A program made the translations under genes and the position numbers. The notes beneath the pieces are model-generated. The model was not told where the DNA came from and made no database searches. It saw only the letters and a program-made list of their open reading frames with translations. A stretch of 64,000 nucleotides of DNA. Origin: Candidatus Zixiibacteriota bacterium. Its GTDB lineage: Bacteria > Zixibacteria > MSB-5A5 > UBA10806 > 4484-95. Location of the stretch: the NCBI GenBank assembly GCA_021159005.1, contig JAGGSN010000206.1, forward strand, positions 26,260 to 90,259, written 5' to 3'. Of this stretch, positions 30,221-39,271 are shown piece after piece. Position 1 is the first letter of the stretch. Each line of letters starts with the position of its first letter.

Positions 30221-30445
30221 ATGAAAATGAAATTTACGCTTATAATGGAAGACTTGATTCTGGATGAAAGCAAGGTTGATAATATGATTATTGACTGGGT
30301 AGAAGATGTTTCACAACAGCAAGTTTTGGAAATGTCGCATGAGTGGATTACCTCAAAGAATTTTCTCACCGAGAAAATGATTGGGTTGATAAAAGTTGGC
30401 GAATCCTCATTGACAATAGAACCTGTTGACGAGGGGTTAATCTAA
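30221..30445 (+). CDS. Small hypothetical protein (paralog of 62772-62981)
   Basis: AAGGAG RBS before ATG 30221; stop overlaps the next ATG; ungapped similarity to the protein at 62772. Confidence 0.75.
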   Translation: MKMKFTLIMEDLILDESKVDNMIIDWVEDVSQQQVLEMSHEWITSKNFLTEKMIGLIKVGESSLTIEPVDEGLI

Positions 30446-30771
30446 TGGAACGGTTCGTGTGGTTTTTAGATGAGATTGTGGGTCAATTTAAGGCTGTCGA
30501 AAATACCCTTCAATCACTAATGGCGAAAATTCCATTTATCGGTTCTTTGGCGGCCGAATATTGCAGTCTGATTATGTTGGTATTTATGATGACTTTAGCT
30601 GTGTTTATATTGCGGCCGCTGGTTAAATGGTCGCTAATGGTTATTATTGTAGGCGCAATACTAGCCGGCGCAATATCCTACTTTTCCGGATTAGCGTTTT
30701 GGGGAGTGCTGCCTGTTACTGCCTTAGGTGCAACTATTGTAATGTTTGTAAATAAATTTGTAATGGAATAA
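30445..30771 (+). CDS. Hypothetical membrane protein
   Basis: Translationally coupled (TAATG); three hydrophobic segments. Confidence 0.7.
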   Translation: MERFVWFLDEIVGQFKAVENTLQSLMAKIPFIGSLAAEYCSLIMLVFMMTLAVFILRPLVKWSLMVIIVGAILAGAISYFSGLAFWGVLPVTALGATIVMFVNKFVME

Positions 30772-30776
30772 CTATT

Positions 30777-30935
30777 ATGTATAGCAAAAAAAGAAAAAAG
30801 AAATGTCCATTTTGCCAGGGCATAGCTACTAAGGTATACGGCGATTATGTATGTAAAAGCTGCGGCGCGATTTTGAATTTTAATGCTATAAACACTGATT
30901 CGGTAAATGTTATTTTTCAGATTTACCAAAAATAG
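30777..30935 (+). CDS. Small zinc-ribbon protein, 52 aa (below ORF-track cutoff)
   Basis: Manual translation MYSKKRKKKCPFCQGIATKVYGDYVCKSCGAILNFNAINTDSVNVIFQIYQK; CxxC-x12-CxxC; starts 5 nt after the upstream stop. Confidence 0.6.
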   Translation: MYSKKRKKKCPFCQGIATKVYGDYVCKSCGAILNFNAINTDSVNVIFQIYQK

Positions 30936-31031
30936 ACGCGCTTAATAAATAAAAAGTTAGCCGTTCTCATTTAAACGCTTGGTTCATCTTAGAAGATGTT
31001 TAATGCCAGAACCGGGCTATAATCAAGACAC

Positions 31032-31060
31032 TTTACATTTGTGATAGAAACATATATACT
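31032..31060 (+). promoter_or_regulatory. Sigma70-type promoter candidate for the antiporter gene
   Basis: TTTACA-N17-TATACT, ending 54 nt upstream of ATG 31115. Confidence 0.45.
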
Positions 31061-31114
31061 TATTCCGATTATTGAATTTGCGACTAAATACAAAGTGATA
31101 GGTTAGTTCTGAAT

Positions 31115-32347
31115 ATGTTTGGCATCATAGCGATATTAATAAGCGCCGCCGCTGTCTCAAGCTATATCAACCATCGATTCATTAAACTGCCGACAACTAT
31201 AGGCCTGATGGTTATCGGCCTGTCTATGTCTTTGGCGGTTGTATTGCTAAGTGTTCTGGGTGTCGATTTTAGAAGCTCTATCGGTGGATTTTTAGAACAA
31301 ATTGATTTTAGCGAAGCTCTTATGAAGGGGATGTTGAGCTTCTTGCTTTTCGCTGGCGCTCTAAAAATTAACCTGAATGACCTTGCCAGCCAGAAATTTA
31401 TTATTGGCGCACTGGCAACTTTTGGAGTGGTCGCCGCTACATTTATAATCGGAACTGCGCTATTTTTTATATTGAAATTGATTAACTTAGCCATCCCCTA
31501 TTCATACTGCTTAGTATTTGGAGCGTTAATTTCCCCGACCGACCCGGTGGCCGTGCTGGCTATACTCAAGACGGTAAAAGTGCCAAAATCCTTAGCGACT
31601 AAGATAGCCGGCGAATCGTTGTTTAATGACGGCATTGGTGTTGTTGTATTTATCGTGATGGCTGGTATTGCGGCCAGCGGCGGTTCGGTTTCAGCCGGGC
31701 ATGTTGCCTTACTGCTTGTTCAAGAGGCGTTGGGCGGCGTTGTGTTTGGATTGTTGCTGGGATGGATTGTTTACCGTCTGCTAAAAAGCGTTGATGACCA
31801 CTCGGTGGAAGTTCTTTTAACGCTGGCTTTAGTATGCGGCGGGTATGCGCTGGCGATGAGCCTGCATATCTCCGGCCCTATTGCGATAGTAGTAGCGGGA
31901 CTGCTGATTGGCAATTACGGACGACAGTTTGCTATGTCTGATTCTACCCGCGACCATTTGGATAAATTCTGGGAGCTAATCGATGAAATCCTCAATGCGG
32001 TGCTGTTCATTTTAATTGGTTTTGAGGTTTTGGTGCTTTCGTTCACTATGGATTATTTCATTGTCGGATTAATCGCTATTCCGGTAACGCTTGCCGCCCG
32101 GTTTATCAGCGTATGGTTAGCAATAACGGTATTGAAATTCAAACGGGAATTTACCCGAAACGTTGTTCTGATTTTAACCTGGGGAGGATTGCGCGGCGGT
32201 ATTTCTATTGCGTTGGCATTATCATTATCTGCAGGCCAGGCAAGAGACTTGATTGTATCGATTACTTATATAATTGTTGTATTCTCGATTTTAGTACAGG
32301 GTCTAACGATAAAAAGCGTACTCCGACGTTTACTGCCTTCCCAATGA
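31115..32347 (+). CDS. CPA1/NhaP-family Na+/H+ antiporter
   Basis: LLFAGAL, FGALISPTDPVAV, GESLFNDG and WGGLRGGISIALAL. Confidence 0.93.
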   Translation: MFGIIAILISAAAVSSYINHRFIKLPTTIGLMVIGLSMSLAVVLLSVLGVDFRSSIGGFLEQIDFSEALMKGMLSFLLFAGALKINLNDLASQKFIIGALATFGVVAATFIIGTALFFILKLINLAIPYSYCLVFGALISPTDPVAVLAILKTVKVPKSLATKIAGESLFNDGIGVVVFIVMAGIAASGGSVSAGHVALLLVQEALGGVVFGLLLGWIVYRLLKSVDDHSVEVLLTLALVCGGYALAMSLHISGPIAIVVAGLLIGNYGRQFAMSDSTRDHLDKFWELIDEILNAVLFILIGFEVLVLSFTMDYFIVGLIAIPVTLAARFISVWLAITVLKFKREFTRNVVLILTWGGLRGGISIALALSLSAGQARDLIVSITYIIVVFSILVQGLTIKSVLRRLLPSQ

Positions 32348-32582
32348 TTTTTATAGATAAGCTGAGGTTTGATATGACAAAATTAACTGAATTCAATGGC
32401 TTCCTTAAGGGTAGTACATTGGCACTTCACTTAACAGGTGGATAAAAAATTTATCTATCAATCAGGATGGAACGGAGTGACATCCTGAGGGTTTGGCAAT
32501 CTTACCGGGATAGATAATGATTATGTAAATGATCTGATATTTTGCAGGTGCTGAATTGGCAGGTCTCGTCCACCGCTTAGCA

Positions 32583-33143
32583 TTACAACCCAACAACAAT
32601 CATCGGCGTATATGTTGGTCCTCGCCGCGATAGGTCGGACTTGAATACAACAACCTCGCTAACCTCAAAAACATCCGACTCAAATTCGGTCTCCTGAAGC
32701 TCATCGATAAATGCCTCCAAACCTTTCGGATATTTGATTCTGCCGATAGTCAAATGCGCTGAGAATGGCTTATCGCTCTTGCCAAAACCGCCCTGACGGC
32801 AGGCAGACTCCACCTGATAAGCCAGCTCTTTAAGATCATCCATGTCGCCAGCCGCGCCAACCCAGACAACGCGCGGTCTTCTTATATTCGGGAAACATCC
32901 CAAGCTGGATAATTTAATTGAAAACGGTTTGATATTCTTCAGATTTTCCGCAAGTATGTTTTCGAGATTACTTATCGAATCACTTTCAATATCGCCTAAA
33001 AAGCGAATGGTAAAATGCAGGTTAGCCGCTTTTACCCAGCGTACGCCGTCAGCATGCGGTTTTAAACCCACGATTAGCTTATCGACCTCACGCTTGAGAG
33101 CATCCGGGATTTTTACCGCGATAAAAGTGCGTATCTTGGCCAT
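32583..33143 (-). CDS. thpR: RNA 2',3'-cyclic phosphodiesterase (2H family)
   Basis: RTFIAV; two HxT motifs (HFTIRF, HLTIGR); FKSDLSRRGPTY. Confidence 0.93.
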   Translation of the reverse strand: MAKIRTFIAVKIPDALKREVDKLIVGLKPHADGVRWVKAANLHFTIRFLGDIESDSISNLENILAENLKNIKPFSIKLSSLGCFPNIRRPRVVWVGAAGDMDDLKELAYQVESACRQGGFGKSDKPFSAHLTIGRIKYPKGLEAFIDELQETEFESDVFEVSEVVVFKSDLSRRGPTYTPMIVVGL

Positions 33144-33200
33144 GGGGTAAGGATAGCATATTATATTTATTGATTCAAGGTAAAAAATGTGTCAATGCAA

Positions 33201-33262
33201 ATTGGCGCACGAGGACGTATGCCAACCACAAAAATGGCGCACGAGGACGTATGCCAACCACA
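33201..33262. repeat. Dispersed hairpin family III, tandem pair (32-bp period)
   Basis: tggcgcacgaggacgtatgccaaccaca occurs at 33203 and 33235. Confidence 0.85.
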
Positions 33263-33276
33263 ATTTATTACCGCAT

Positions 33277-33302
33277 AAAAAAAGTCCGCCATTCGACGGA
33301 CT
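33277..33302 (-). terminator. Rho-independent terminator of the BioF-like gene
   Basis: Minus strand AGTCCGTC-GAAT-GGCGGACT followed by a T run. Confidence 0.75.
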
Positions 33303-33373
33303 AATTCGCTGATGCGGCATTTATCCCTACTGGCTATATCGAGGGAAATAAATAATACTTTAATTTCCTGATT

Positions 33374-34468
33374 CTATATTTGCAAATCATCCCTGATTTC
33401 AGTTAGACATCGACAGAAAGCATCAATTTCCACATCGGTATGAGTGGCCATCGCCGTAATACGTATCCCCCATCGCTTATCGGGACTTACCGGCACCACA
33501 AAATATCCTCGCCGGTGAAGTTCATCTATAATCAGACTTGTCTTTTCCTTACTGCTAAAATATACATTTATAATATGACTGCCGGAAGAATTAATCTCAA
33601 ACCCGGAGCGTTTCAAGTTTATATATATTTGTTGGATGTTTTTTCTCATTCGCGCAACCAATTCAGGTTCTCGTTTGAGAATCTTTAAACTCGATAAAGA
33701 AGCGGCGGCGATTGGCGCAGCAATCGATGTTGAATACTTATATGCTCTCAGCGGTCCGGACAACATCTTGCCAGCCTCCTCAGAAAATGTCAGAAACCCT
33801 CCCTGAGAACCCAGCGCCTTGGAAAATGTGCCCATTATAAAATCAGCGGTTCCGGTAAGAGAATATAGCTCCTCAAGCCCTCTGCCGGTTTTTCCAATAC
33901 AGCCGGTAGCATGCGCCTCATCGAGAATCAGGTGAAAATGATACTTGCTTTTTAAACGGGCAATCTTATCCAGGGGCAGAATATCGCCATTAACCGTAAA
34001 CGCCGAGCAGCTGGCTGCTATTTTTCGGGATTTACCGCTCTTTTTTAATAAAGCCTCGAGGTGTGTCAAATCAAGATGACGATATATATTCACCGGACAA
34101 CCTGACAGTCTGATGCCATCAATAATAGAGGGATGATTGCTCTCATCGCTGAAAAATATAGTATCATTATCACTCAAACTTTGATGCAAAGCCGTATTGG
34201 CGGCATAGCCCGAGGGGAAAATCACAGCCTTTTCACGATGTTTAAAATCCGCAATCTCATCCGCAAGTTTATCATGAATAATTGTTGTACCCGAGGTCAA
34301 GGGCGCGCCGCCGGTGCCGATTCCATAATTTTGGGCAGCCTCTGTAAATGTTTTTATAACCTCCGGGTGATGCGATAAGCCTAAATAGTCATTACTGGAA
34401 AATATTATAAGCTTTTTACCATTGATGGTTATATATTGAGCCTGGCGAGATTCTAAAGAATTCCTCAC
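33374..34468 (-). CDS. PLP-dependent alpha-oxoamine synthase (BioF/AONS-like)
   Basis: FSSNDYLGLS, FPSGYAAN, NHPSIIDG, DEAHATG and GTFSKALGSQGG. Confidence 0.85.
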   Translation of the reverse strand: MRNSLESRQAQYITINGKKLIIFSSNDYLGLSHHPEVIKTFTEAAQNYGIGTGGAPLTSGTTIIHDKLADEIADFKHREKAVIFPSGYAANTALHQSLSDNDTIFFSDESNHPSIIDGIRLSGCPVNIYRHLDLTHLEALLKKSGKSRKIAASCSAFTVNGDILPLDKIARLKSKYHFHLILDEAHATGCIGKTGRGLEELYSLTGTADFIMGTFSKALGSQGGFLTFSEEAGKMLSGPLRAYKYSTSIAAPIAAASLSSLKILKREPELVARMRKNIQQIYINLKRSGFEINSSGSHIINVYFSSKEKTSLIIDELHRRGYFVVPVSPDKRWGIRITAMATHTDVEIDAFCRCLTEIRDDLQI

Positions 34469-34593
34469 TATATTCCTCCCGTTTAAATATCGCTTTATTC
34501 GACTATCGGGTCAAGCATGATTTTAATTGACTTTGAAATAATTATTTATAATATTTCAACATTATGGTTGAATGTTAAATTTAACGATAGAGG

Positions 34594-36468
34594 TTGAAAA
34601 TGAAAGGTCTTAAACCGGAAGACATAAAAGTAATTGTTGCCACCGATTGTGGTTCTACAACTACAAAAGCGATTTTAATTGAATACCGCGATGGCGAATA
34701 TCGTCTTATAGTACGCGGCGAAGCTCCAACAACAGTGGAAGCTCCTTTCGAGGATGTTACAATGGGAGCATTAAATGCTATTGGCGAAGTCGAGGAACTT
34801 TCAGGCAGAAAAATTCTTGGTAAAGACAACAAGATTACTTCTCCCGCCAAAGGAAATATCGGTACGGATATTTATATATCAACATCTTCTGCCGGCGGTG
34901 GTTTGCAGATGATGGTTGCCGGTGTTGTTCGGTCGATGACAGCCGAGTCTGCTGAAAGGGCTGCTATGACCGCCGGCGCTATTGTCATGGATGTTATTGC
35001 CTCCAATGATAAACGATTGCCTCATCAGCAGATAGAACGAATACGCCACCTTCGCCCCGATATGATACTGCTATCAGGCGGCATCGATGGCGGCACTACG
35101 ACTCATGTAGCCGAATTAGCTGAACTTATAAGCGCGGCCGACCCAAAACCCCGTCTCGGCTCAGGTTATAATTTGCCTGTTATTTATGCCGGCAATGTTG
35201 ATGCCCGTAGGGCGGTTACTGAAACTCTCAAGGATAAAACCGCGCTTGATATTGTCGATAATCTGCGTCCTGTTCTCGAACGTGAAAATCTTCTGCCGGC
35301 GCGCGAAAAAATTCATGACTTGTTCATGGAACACGTTATGGCTCAAGCTCCGGGATATTCCAAGCTTATGACTTGGACTGATGCTCCGATTATGCCCACA
35401 CCTGGCGCGGTTGGATTGATTATTAAAACAATCGCTGACATTGAGAATATTGAAGTTGTGGGCGTTGATATTGGCGGCGCAACCACAGATATTTTCAGCG
35501 TTTTTCGCCCGGATGGTAAAGAGGGAATATTTAACCGAACTGTTTCGGCTAACCTCGGTATGAGTTACTCGGTTTCAAATGTTTTTGCTGAAGCGACACT
35601 GCCTAATGTCATGCGCTGGGTGCCGTTTGATGTGGATGAGCGTGAAATCCGCAATAGAATTAAAAACAAGATGATTAGGCCGACGACTATTCCGCAATCA
35701 TTAGAGGAATTGATTATTGAACAGGCTATTGCTAAGGAGGCATTACGGCTGGCGTTTATTCAACATAGATCATTTGCTACCGTGCTTAAAGGCGTCCAGC
35801 AGCAGCGAACTATTGCTGATGCTTTCGAGCAATCGACATCCGGCGCTTCCTTGGTAAACATGATGAGCCTTGATATGTTGGTTGGTTCCGGCGGCGTGTT
35901 GTCGCATGCCCCTCGCCGTCAACAGGCAGCGCTGATGACTATTGACGCATTTTTACCTATGGGCATTACCCGCTTGGCAGTCGATTCAATATTTATGATG
36001 CCTCAGCTTGGCGTGCTTTCGAGCCTGCATGAGAAAGCCGCAACCGAGGTGTTTAATAAAGATTGCCTAATTCATCTTGGTACTGTTGTCGCTCCGGTTG
36101 GCGAGGGCAAAGAGGGGAAAGAGATATTAAGTTACAATATTGAACTCCCTGACGGCAAAGTTGAAAAAGGCGATATTGCATTCGGTCAGATGAAATTAAT
36201 TAAGCTGGGTATCGGCGATGACGGCATTCCGTTAAAAGCGAAAGCCGAGTTGACGCCTGCTCGCGGCTTTGATTTGGGCAATGGCAAGGGCAACAAAATT
36301 GAGGGGCAGCTATCAGGCGGCGTGGTTGGCATAATTCTTGATGGCCGCGGTCGCCCGTTTAACCTTCCTGCCGATGCTAAGACCCGCGTAAACAAGCTTA
36401 AAGATTGGATGCTTGAGCTGGATATTTATCCGGAGGATAGTCTAATTAAATTGATTGAACAGTATTAA
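34594..36468 (+). CDS. glmL: GlmL (glutamate/methylaspartate mutase accessory, ASKHA-fold) family protein
   Basis: TDCGSTTTK, SSAGGGLQM, AMTAGAIV, ILLSGGIDGG, PTPGAV, VDIGGATTD and RTVSANLGM. Confidence 0.75.
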   Translation: MKMKGLKPEDIKVIVATDCGSTTTKAILIEYRDGEYRLIVRGEAPTTVEAPFEDVTMGALNAIGEVEELSGRKILGKDNKITSPAKGNIGTDIYISTSSAGGGLQMMVAGVVRSMTAESAERAAMTAGAIVMDVIASNDKRLPHQQIERIRHLRPDMILLSGGIDGGTTTHVAELAELISAADPKPRLGSGYNLPVIYAGNVDARRAVTETLKDKTALDIVDNLRPVLERENLLPAREKIHDLFMEHVMAQAPGYSKLMTWTDAPIMPTPGAVGLIIKTIADIENIEVVGVDIGGATTDIFSVFRPDGKEGIFNRTVSANLGMSYSVSNVFAEATLPNVMRWVPFDVDEREIRNRIKNKMIRPTTIPQSLEELIIEQAIAKEALRLAFIQHRSFATVLKGVQQQRTIADAFEQSTSGASLVNMMSLDMLVGSGGVLSHAPRRQQAALMTIDAFLPMGITRLAVDSIFMMPQLGVLSSLHEKAATEVFNKDCLIHLGTVVAPVGEGKEGKEILSYNIELPDGKVEKGDIAFGQMKLIKLGIGDDGIPLKAKAELTPARGFDLGNGKGNKIEGQLSGGVVGIILDGRGRPFNLPADAKTRVNKLKDWMLELDIYPEDSLIKLIEQY

Positions 36469-36493
36469 GTTAATTTATTGATTTGAATATTCT

Positions 36494-36530
36494 AACGCCA
36501 TCTCTTAATATAGAGGGATGGCGTTTTTTT
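36494..36530 (+). terminator. Rho-independent terminator
   Basis: aacgccatct...ggatggcgtt stem followed by a long T run. Confidence 0.7.
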
Positions 36531-36554
36531 TATTAATTCTTCACGGAGAACTAC

Positions 36555-36917
36555 ATGCTAATAAAAGACCTGAAAAACTGCCCGGAGATAATCGCCGGCG
36601 ATAATACGCAATTAAGAGAACTTCTAAATCCATTAAACGATAATGTAAATATCAGATACAGTTTAGCCCAAGCTGTCGTAAAACCCGGCAATACCACTTT
36701 AGCCCACAGATTAAAATCATCTGAGTTGTACTATATTCTTGAAGGCGAGGGTGAAATGTATATTGATGACGAGGTGGAAAAAGTAGCTTCCGGGCAGGCA
36801 ATTTATATCCCTCCTGATTCGAATCAGAAAATAACAAACACTGGTTCAACTGATCTTATCTTTATTTGCATTGTCGATCCGGCTTGGCGGTTCGATGATG
36901 AGGAAGTATTAGATTAG
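36555..36917 (+). CDS. Cupin domain protein
   Basis: VKPGNTTLAHRLKSSELYYILEGEG...GQAIYIPP...ITNTG cupin motifs. Confidence 0.88.
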   Translation: MLIKDLKNCPEIIAGDNTQLRELLNPLNDNVNIRYSLAQAVVKPGNTTLAHRLKSSELYYILEGEGEMYIDDEVEKVASGQAIYIPPDSNQKITNTGSTDLIFICIVDPAWRFDDEEVLD

Positions 36918-37029
36918 GTTGAATAAAAAAGGGATTATTATCCAAGAATTGGCAGTTGAAAAACTGATATATTTATATAACGTGCTATAAGCTGTATGAC
37001 AGTATTGTTGTTAAATGCAAGCTTCGATT

Positions 37030-37476
37030 TTATTTATCGATAACGGTTTCTTTGAGATGATTAGCCGCATCAATAATGGGACAGCCGATGCCCTTTTCGG
37101 TTTGTTTAAATGCCCTGGCTCTGAAAGGATCGCGGATAACTTTGCCAACGCGTTTGCAGTTGAAAGTTTCTTGTATAAGTTTAGCTGTAGATAAATTGAC
37201 ATTATCAGAATTTGTAGCCGCAATAAAGGCATCCTCGCTTGAGAAATTTATTTTCTTATAGATTTCTAAATCGGTACCCGAACCGACAATTTTCTGACCT
37301 TTGAATGCATTCCTGAGCCTTCTAAAGCCGCTCTCTTCTAAATCTATTACAATAATTTCATGACCTTCTATCTCCAGATCATGTGCCAACTCGCTTGCTA
37401 TTTTTGATGCTCCCACAATAACAACTCTCAAAAAATACCTCCCGTATGATAATAACTGCTTATAATTTATCGGCAA
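37030..37476 (-). CDS. Stand-alone TrkA-N (RCK_N) domain protein
   Basis: VVIVGASKIA...HEIIVID...GSGTD...AFIAATNSDNVN; start uncertain. Confidence 0.75.
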   Translation of the reverse strand: MPINYKQLLSYGRYFLRVVIVGASKIASELAHDLEIEGHEIIVIDLEESGFRRLRNAFKGQKIVGSGTDLEIYKKINFSSEDAFIAATNSDNVNLSTAKLIQETFNCKRVGKVIRDPFRARAFKQTEKGIGCPIIDAANHLKETVIDK

Positions 37477-37611
37477 TATTTATGAAATATCAACAACTTA
37501 TCGCTAATTGCCGCATTTAACTGATGCTTTTATTTTGGGGAAATGCTTAACAATCAGGCTGTTTAAGACAACTAAACCATATTATTCACAAATCCTAATC
37601 TGTGCTTTTTC

Positions 37612-37656
37612 TGCCAGAACTGTCGGAAGTAACTTCCGATAGCACAAAAACACTCT
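37612..37656. repeat. Dispersed palindrome family I, copy 6
   Basis: 44/45 identical to the reverse complement of 26922-26966. Confidence 0.85.
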
Positions 37657-37847
37657 GTATTTATAATTGGTTACTGATATTGTTTCTATCATATTATTGT
37701 CTTTGAGATTAAAAACTGATTTCTAATAACAAAATTGATTTTATAAATAATTCTGTCTAAAAAATATAATGCAAGGAAAAATATTTACAATAAAGCCTTG
37801 ACATTTATTTTGTAATTAATTATCTCCCAAAGTGATGTTTGGCTATT

Positions 37848-37865
37848 AAGTGAAAATCATCACAA
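37848..37865. promoter_or_regulatory. Candidate Rex- or CRP/FNR-type operator upstream of nuoA
   Basis: AAGTGAAAATCATCACAA: 11 of 14 consensus positions of TTGTGAA-N4-TTCACAA; also AGTGA-N6-TCACA. Confidence 0.3.
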
Positions 37866-37883
37866 GCTGAGTTGAGAGGTTAG

Positions 37884-38258
37884 ATGGGTTTCGGTTATGG
37901 CATAATCGCTTTATTTATCTTGGTTGGGATACTGTTTGTATTAGTTGTTGTTTTCTTTGCCAGTCTTTTACGTCCCAAGCGTCCCAATAAGAATAAATTA
38001 GAGAATTATGAGTGTGGCGAACGTCCAATTGATGGTGCATGGATTCAATACAATTCCGGTTTTTATATTTTTGCCTTAATATTCGTGATATTTGATGTTG
38101 AGGTAGTTTTTTTATTCCCCTGGGCGGTTGCCTTTAAACAACTCTCCCAGCCCAACCAACTTGGTCTTTTTATGTTGGTAGAGGCATTTATTTTCATATT
38201 TATTCTAATTGTTGGTCTAATCTACGCTTGGAAAAAAGGAGCCTTAAAATGGGTATAA
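37884..38258 (+). CDS. nuoA: Complex I subunit A
   Basis: [20 protein letters not shown] and [10 protein letters not shown]. Confidence 0.95.
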   Translation: MGFGYGIIALFILVGILFVLVVVFFASLLRPKRPNKNKLENYECGERPIDGAWIQYNSGFYIFALIFVIFDVEVVFLFPWAVAFKQLSQPNQLGLFMLVEAFIFIFILIVGLIYAWKKGALKWV

Positions 38259-38776
38259 TTGAAAAGGTTCCAACATATCTCGAAAAAATACCAGGCGGAG
38301 GGATAGTAGTTGCTTCGGTTGAGTCGGTTCTCAATAATTCAAGGGCGCATTCTCAATGGTATTTGCTGTTTGGCTTGGCTTGCTGCGCTATTGAGATGAT
38401 GGCTACCGGCGCTTCCCGCTACGATTTTGACCGTCTGGGCATGATTTTTCGTGCCTCACCCCGCCAAGCTGATTTAATGATGGTTTGCGGTACTGTAACT
38501 CATAAAATGGGCAAGCGGGTTAAAATCCTTTATGATCAGATGTCCGACCCGAAATATGTTTTAGCTATGGGCGGATGCGCCAGCAATGGCGGCCCGTTTT
38601 ATTATGATTGCTACTCAGTGTTAAAAGGTGTAGATAAGGTAATACCTGTTGATGTTTACATTCCCGGCTGTCCTCCTCGCCCGGAAGCGCTTATGCAGGG
38701 CACATTGAAAATGAGAGAAGTTATCAAGAACCAGAAAATCAAAGATTTCCTCGGCGATAAACCGATGCAATCATAG
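38249..38776 (+). CDS. nuoB: Complex I subunit B
   Basis: [26 protein letters not shown] and [15 protein letters not shown]; start placed at ATG 38249. Confidence 0.95.
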   Translation: MGIIEKVPTYLEKIPGGGIVVASVESVLNNSRAHSQWYLLFGLACCAIEMMATGASRYDFDRLGMIFRASPRQADLMMVCGTVTHKMGKRVKILYDQMSDPKYVLAMGGCASNGGPFYYDCYSVLKGVDKVIPVDVYIPGCPPRPEALMQGTLKMREVIKNQKIKDFLGDKPMQS

Positions 38777-38785
38777 CAATAATAA

Positions 38786-39271
38786 ATGACTAAAGAAGAG
38801 ATTGAAAAAAAAATAACGCTGGATTTCAAAGACCGCGTTGAAATTCAGGAGACCAACCAACCAGAGCCGTTTGTTTATATTTCCAAAGATAAATATATAG
38901 AATTCTGCCAATATCTTAAAAATGATACCGACTTGTCATTCGAGTTCCTTTTTCAGCTTGGCGGCTCTCATTTTGAGGATAGGTTCGAGGTCTTTCTCTG
39001 TCTTAGTTCTCATAAACATCGGCATGAAATTGTTGTGAAAGTAAAATTGCCGGCTGATAATCCGGAAATAAATTCAGTTATAAATATATGGCGGGTTGCT
39101 GATTTCTTTGAACTTGAGGTAATGGAACTGTTTGGCATCATGGTTGTAGATCATCCTAATCCCCGTCATCTGTTATTAATTGAGGAATGGGATTATGGTT
39201 ATCCGATGAGGAAAGGCTGGACAGGACCTGATTTTATTCCAATGCCTGATAAATCCAAGAGCGCAGAATGA
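38786..39271 (+). CDS. nuoC: Complex I subunit C
   Basis: WRVADFFELEVMELFGI...HPNPRHLLL...GYPMRK. Confidence 0.9.
   Translation: MTKEEIEKKITLDFKDRVEIQETNQPEPFVYISKDKYIEFCQYLKNDTDLSFEFLFQLGGSHFEDRFEVFLCLSSHKHRHEIVVKVKLPADNPEINSVINIWRVADFFELEVMELFGIMVVDHPNPRHLLLIEEWDYGYPMRKGWTGPDFIPMPDKSKSAE

Noticed and set aside
30936-31114. Sodium or other riboswitch upstream of the antiporter
   Set aside because: The leader after the predicted promoter is short and AT-rich, with no recognisable aptamer.
32521-32583. 20-aa ORF coupled to the thpR stop (TAATG)
   Set aside because: Too short, with no similarity to genes usually following thpR such as recA.
33201-33262. Tandem 30-bp repeat as a CRISPR array
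   Set aside because: Only two units separated by 2 nt, so there are no spacers, and there are no cas genes.
34594-36468. DNA mismatch repair MutL
   Set aside because: Name clash only; there is no GHKL ATPase motif, and the sequence has ASKHA-type DxGxTTT motifs of GlmL.
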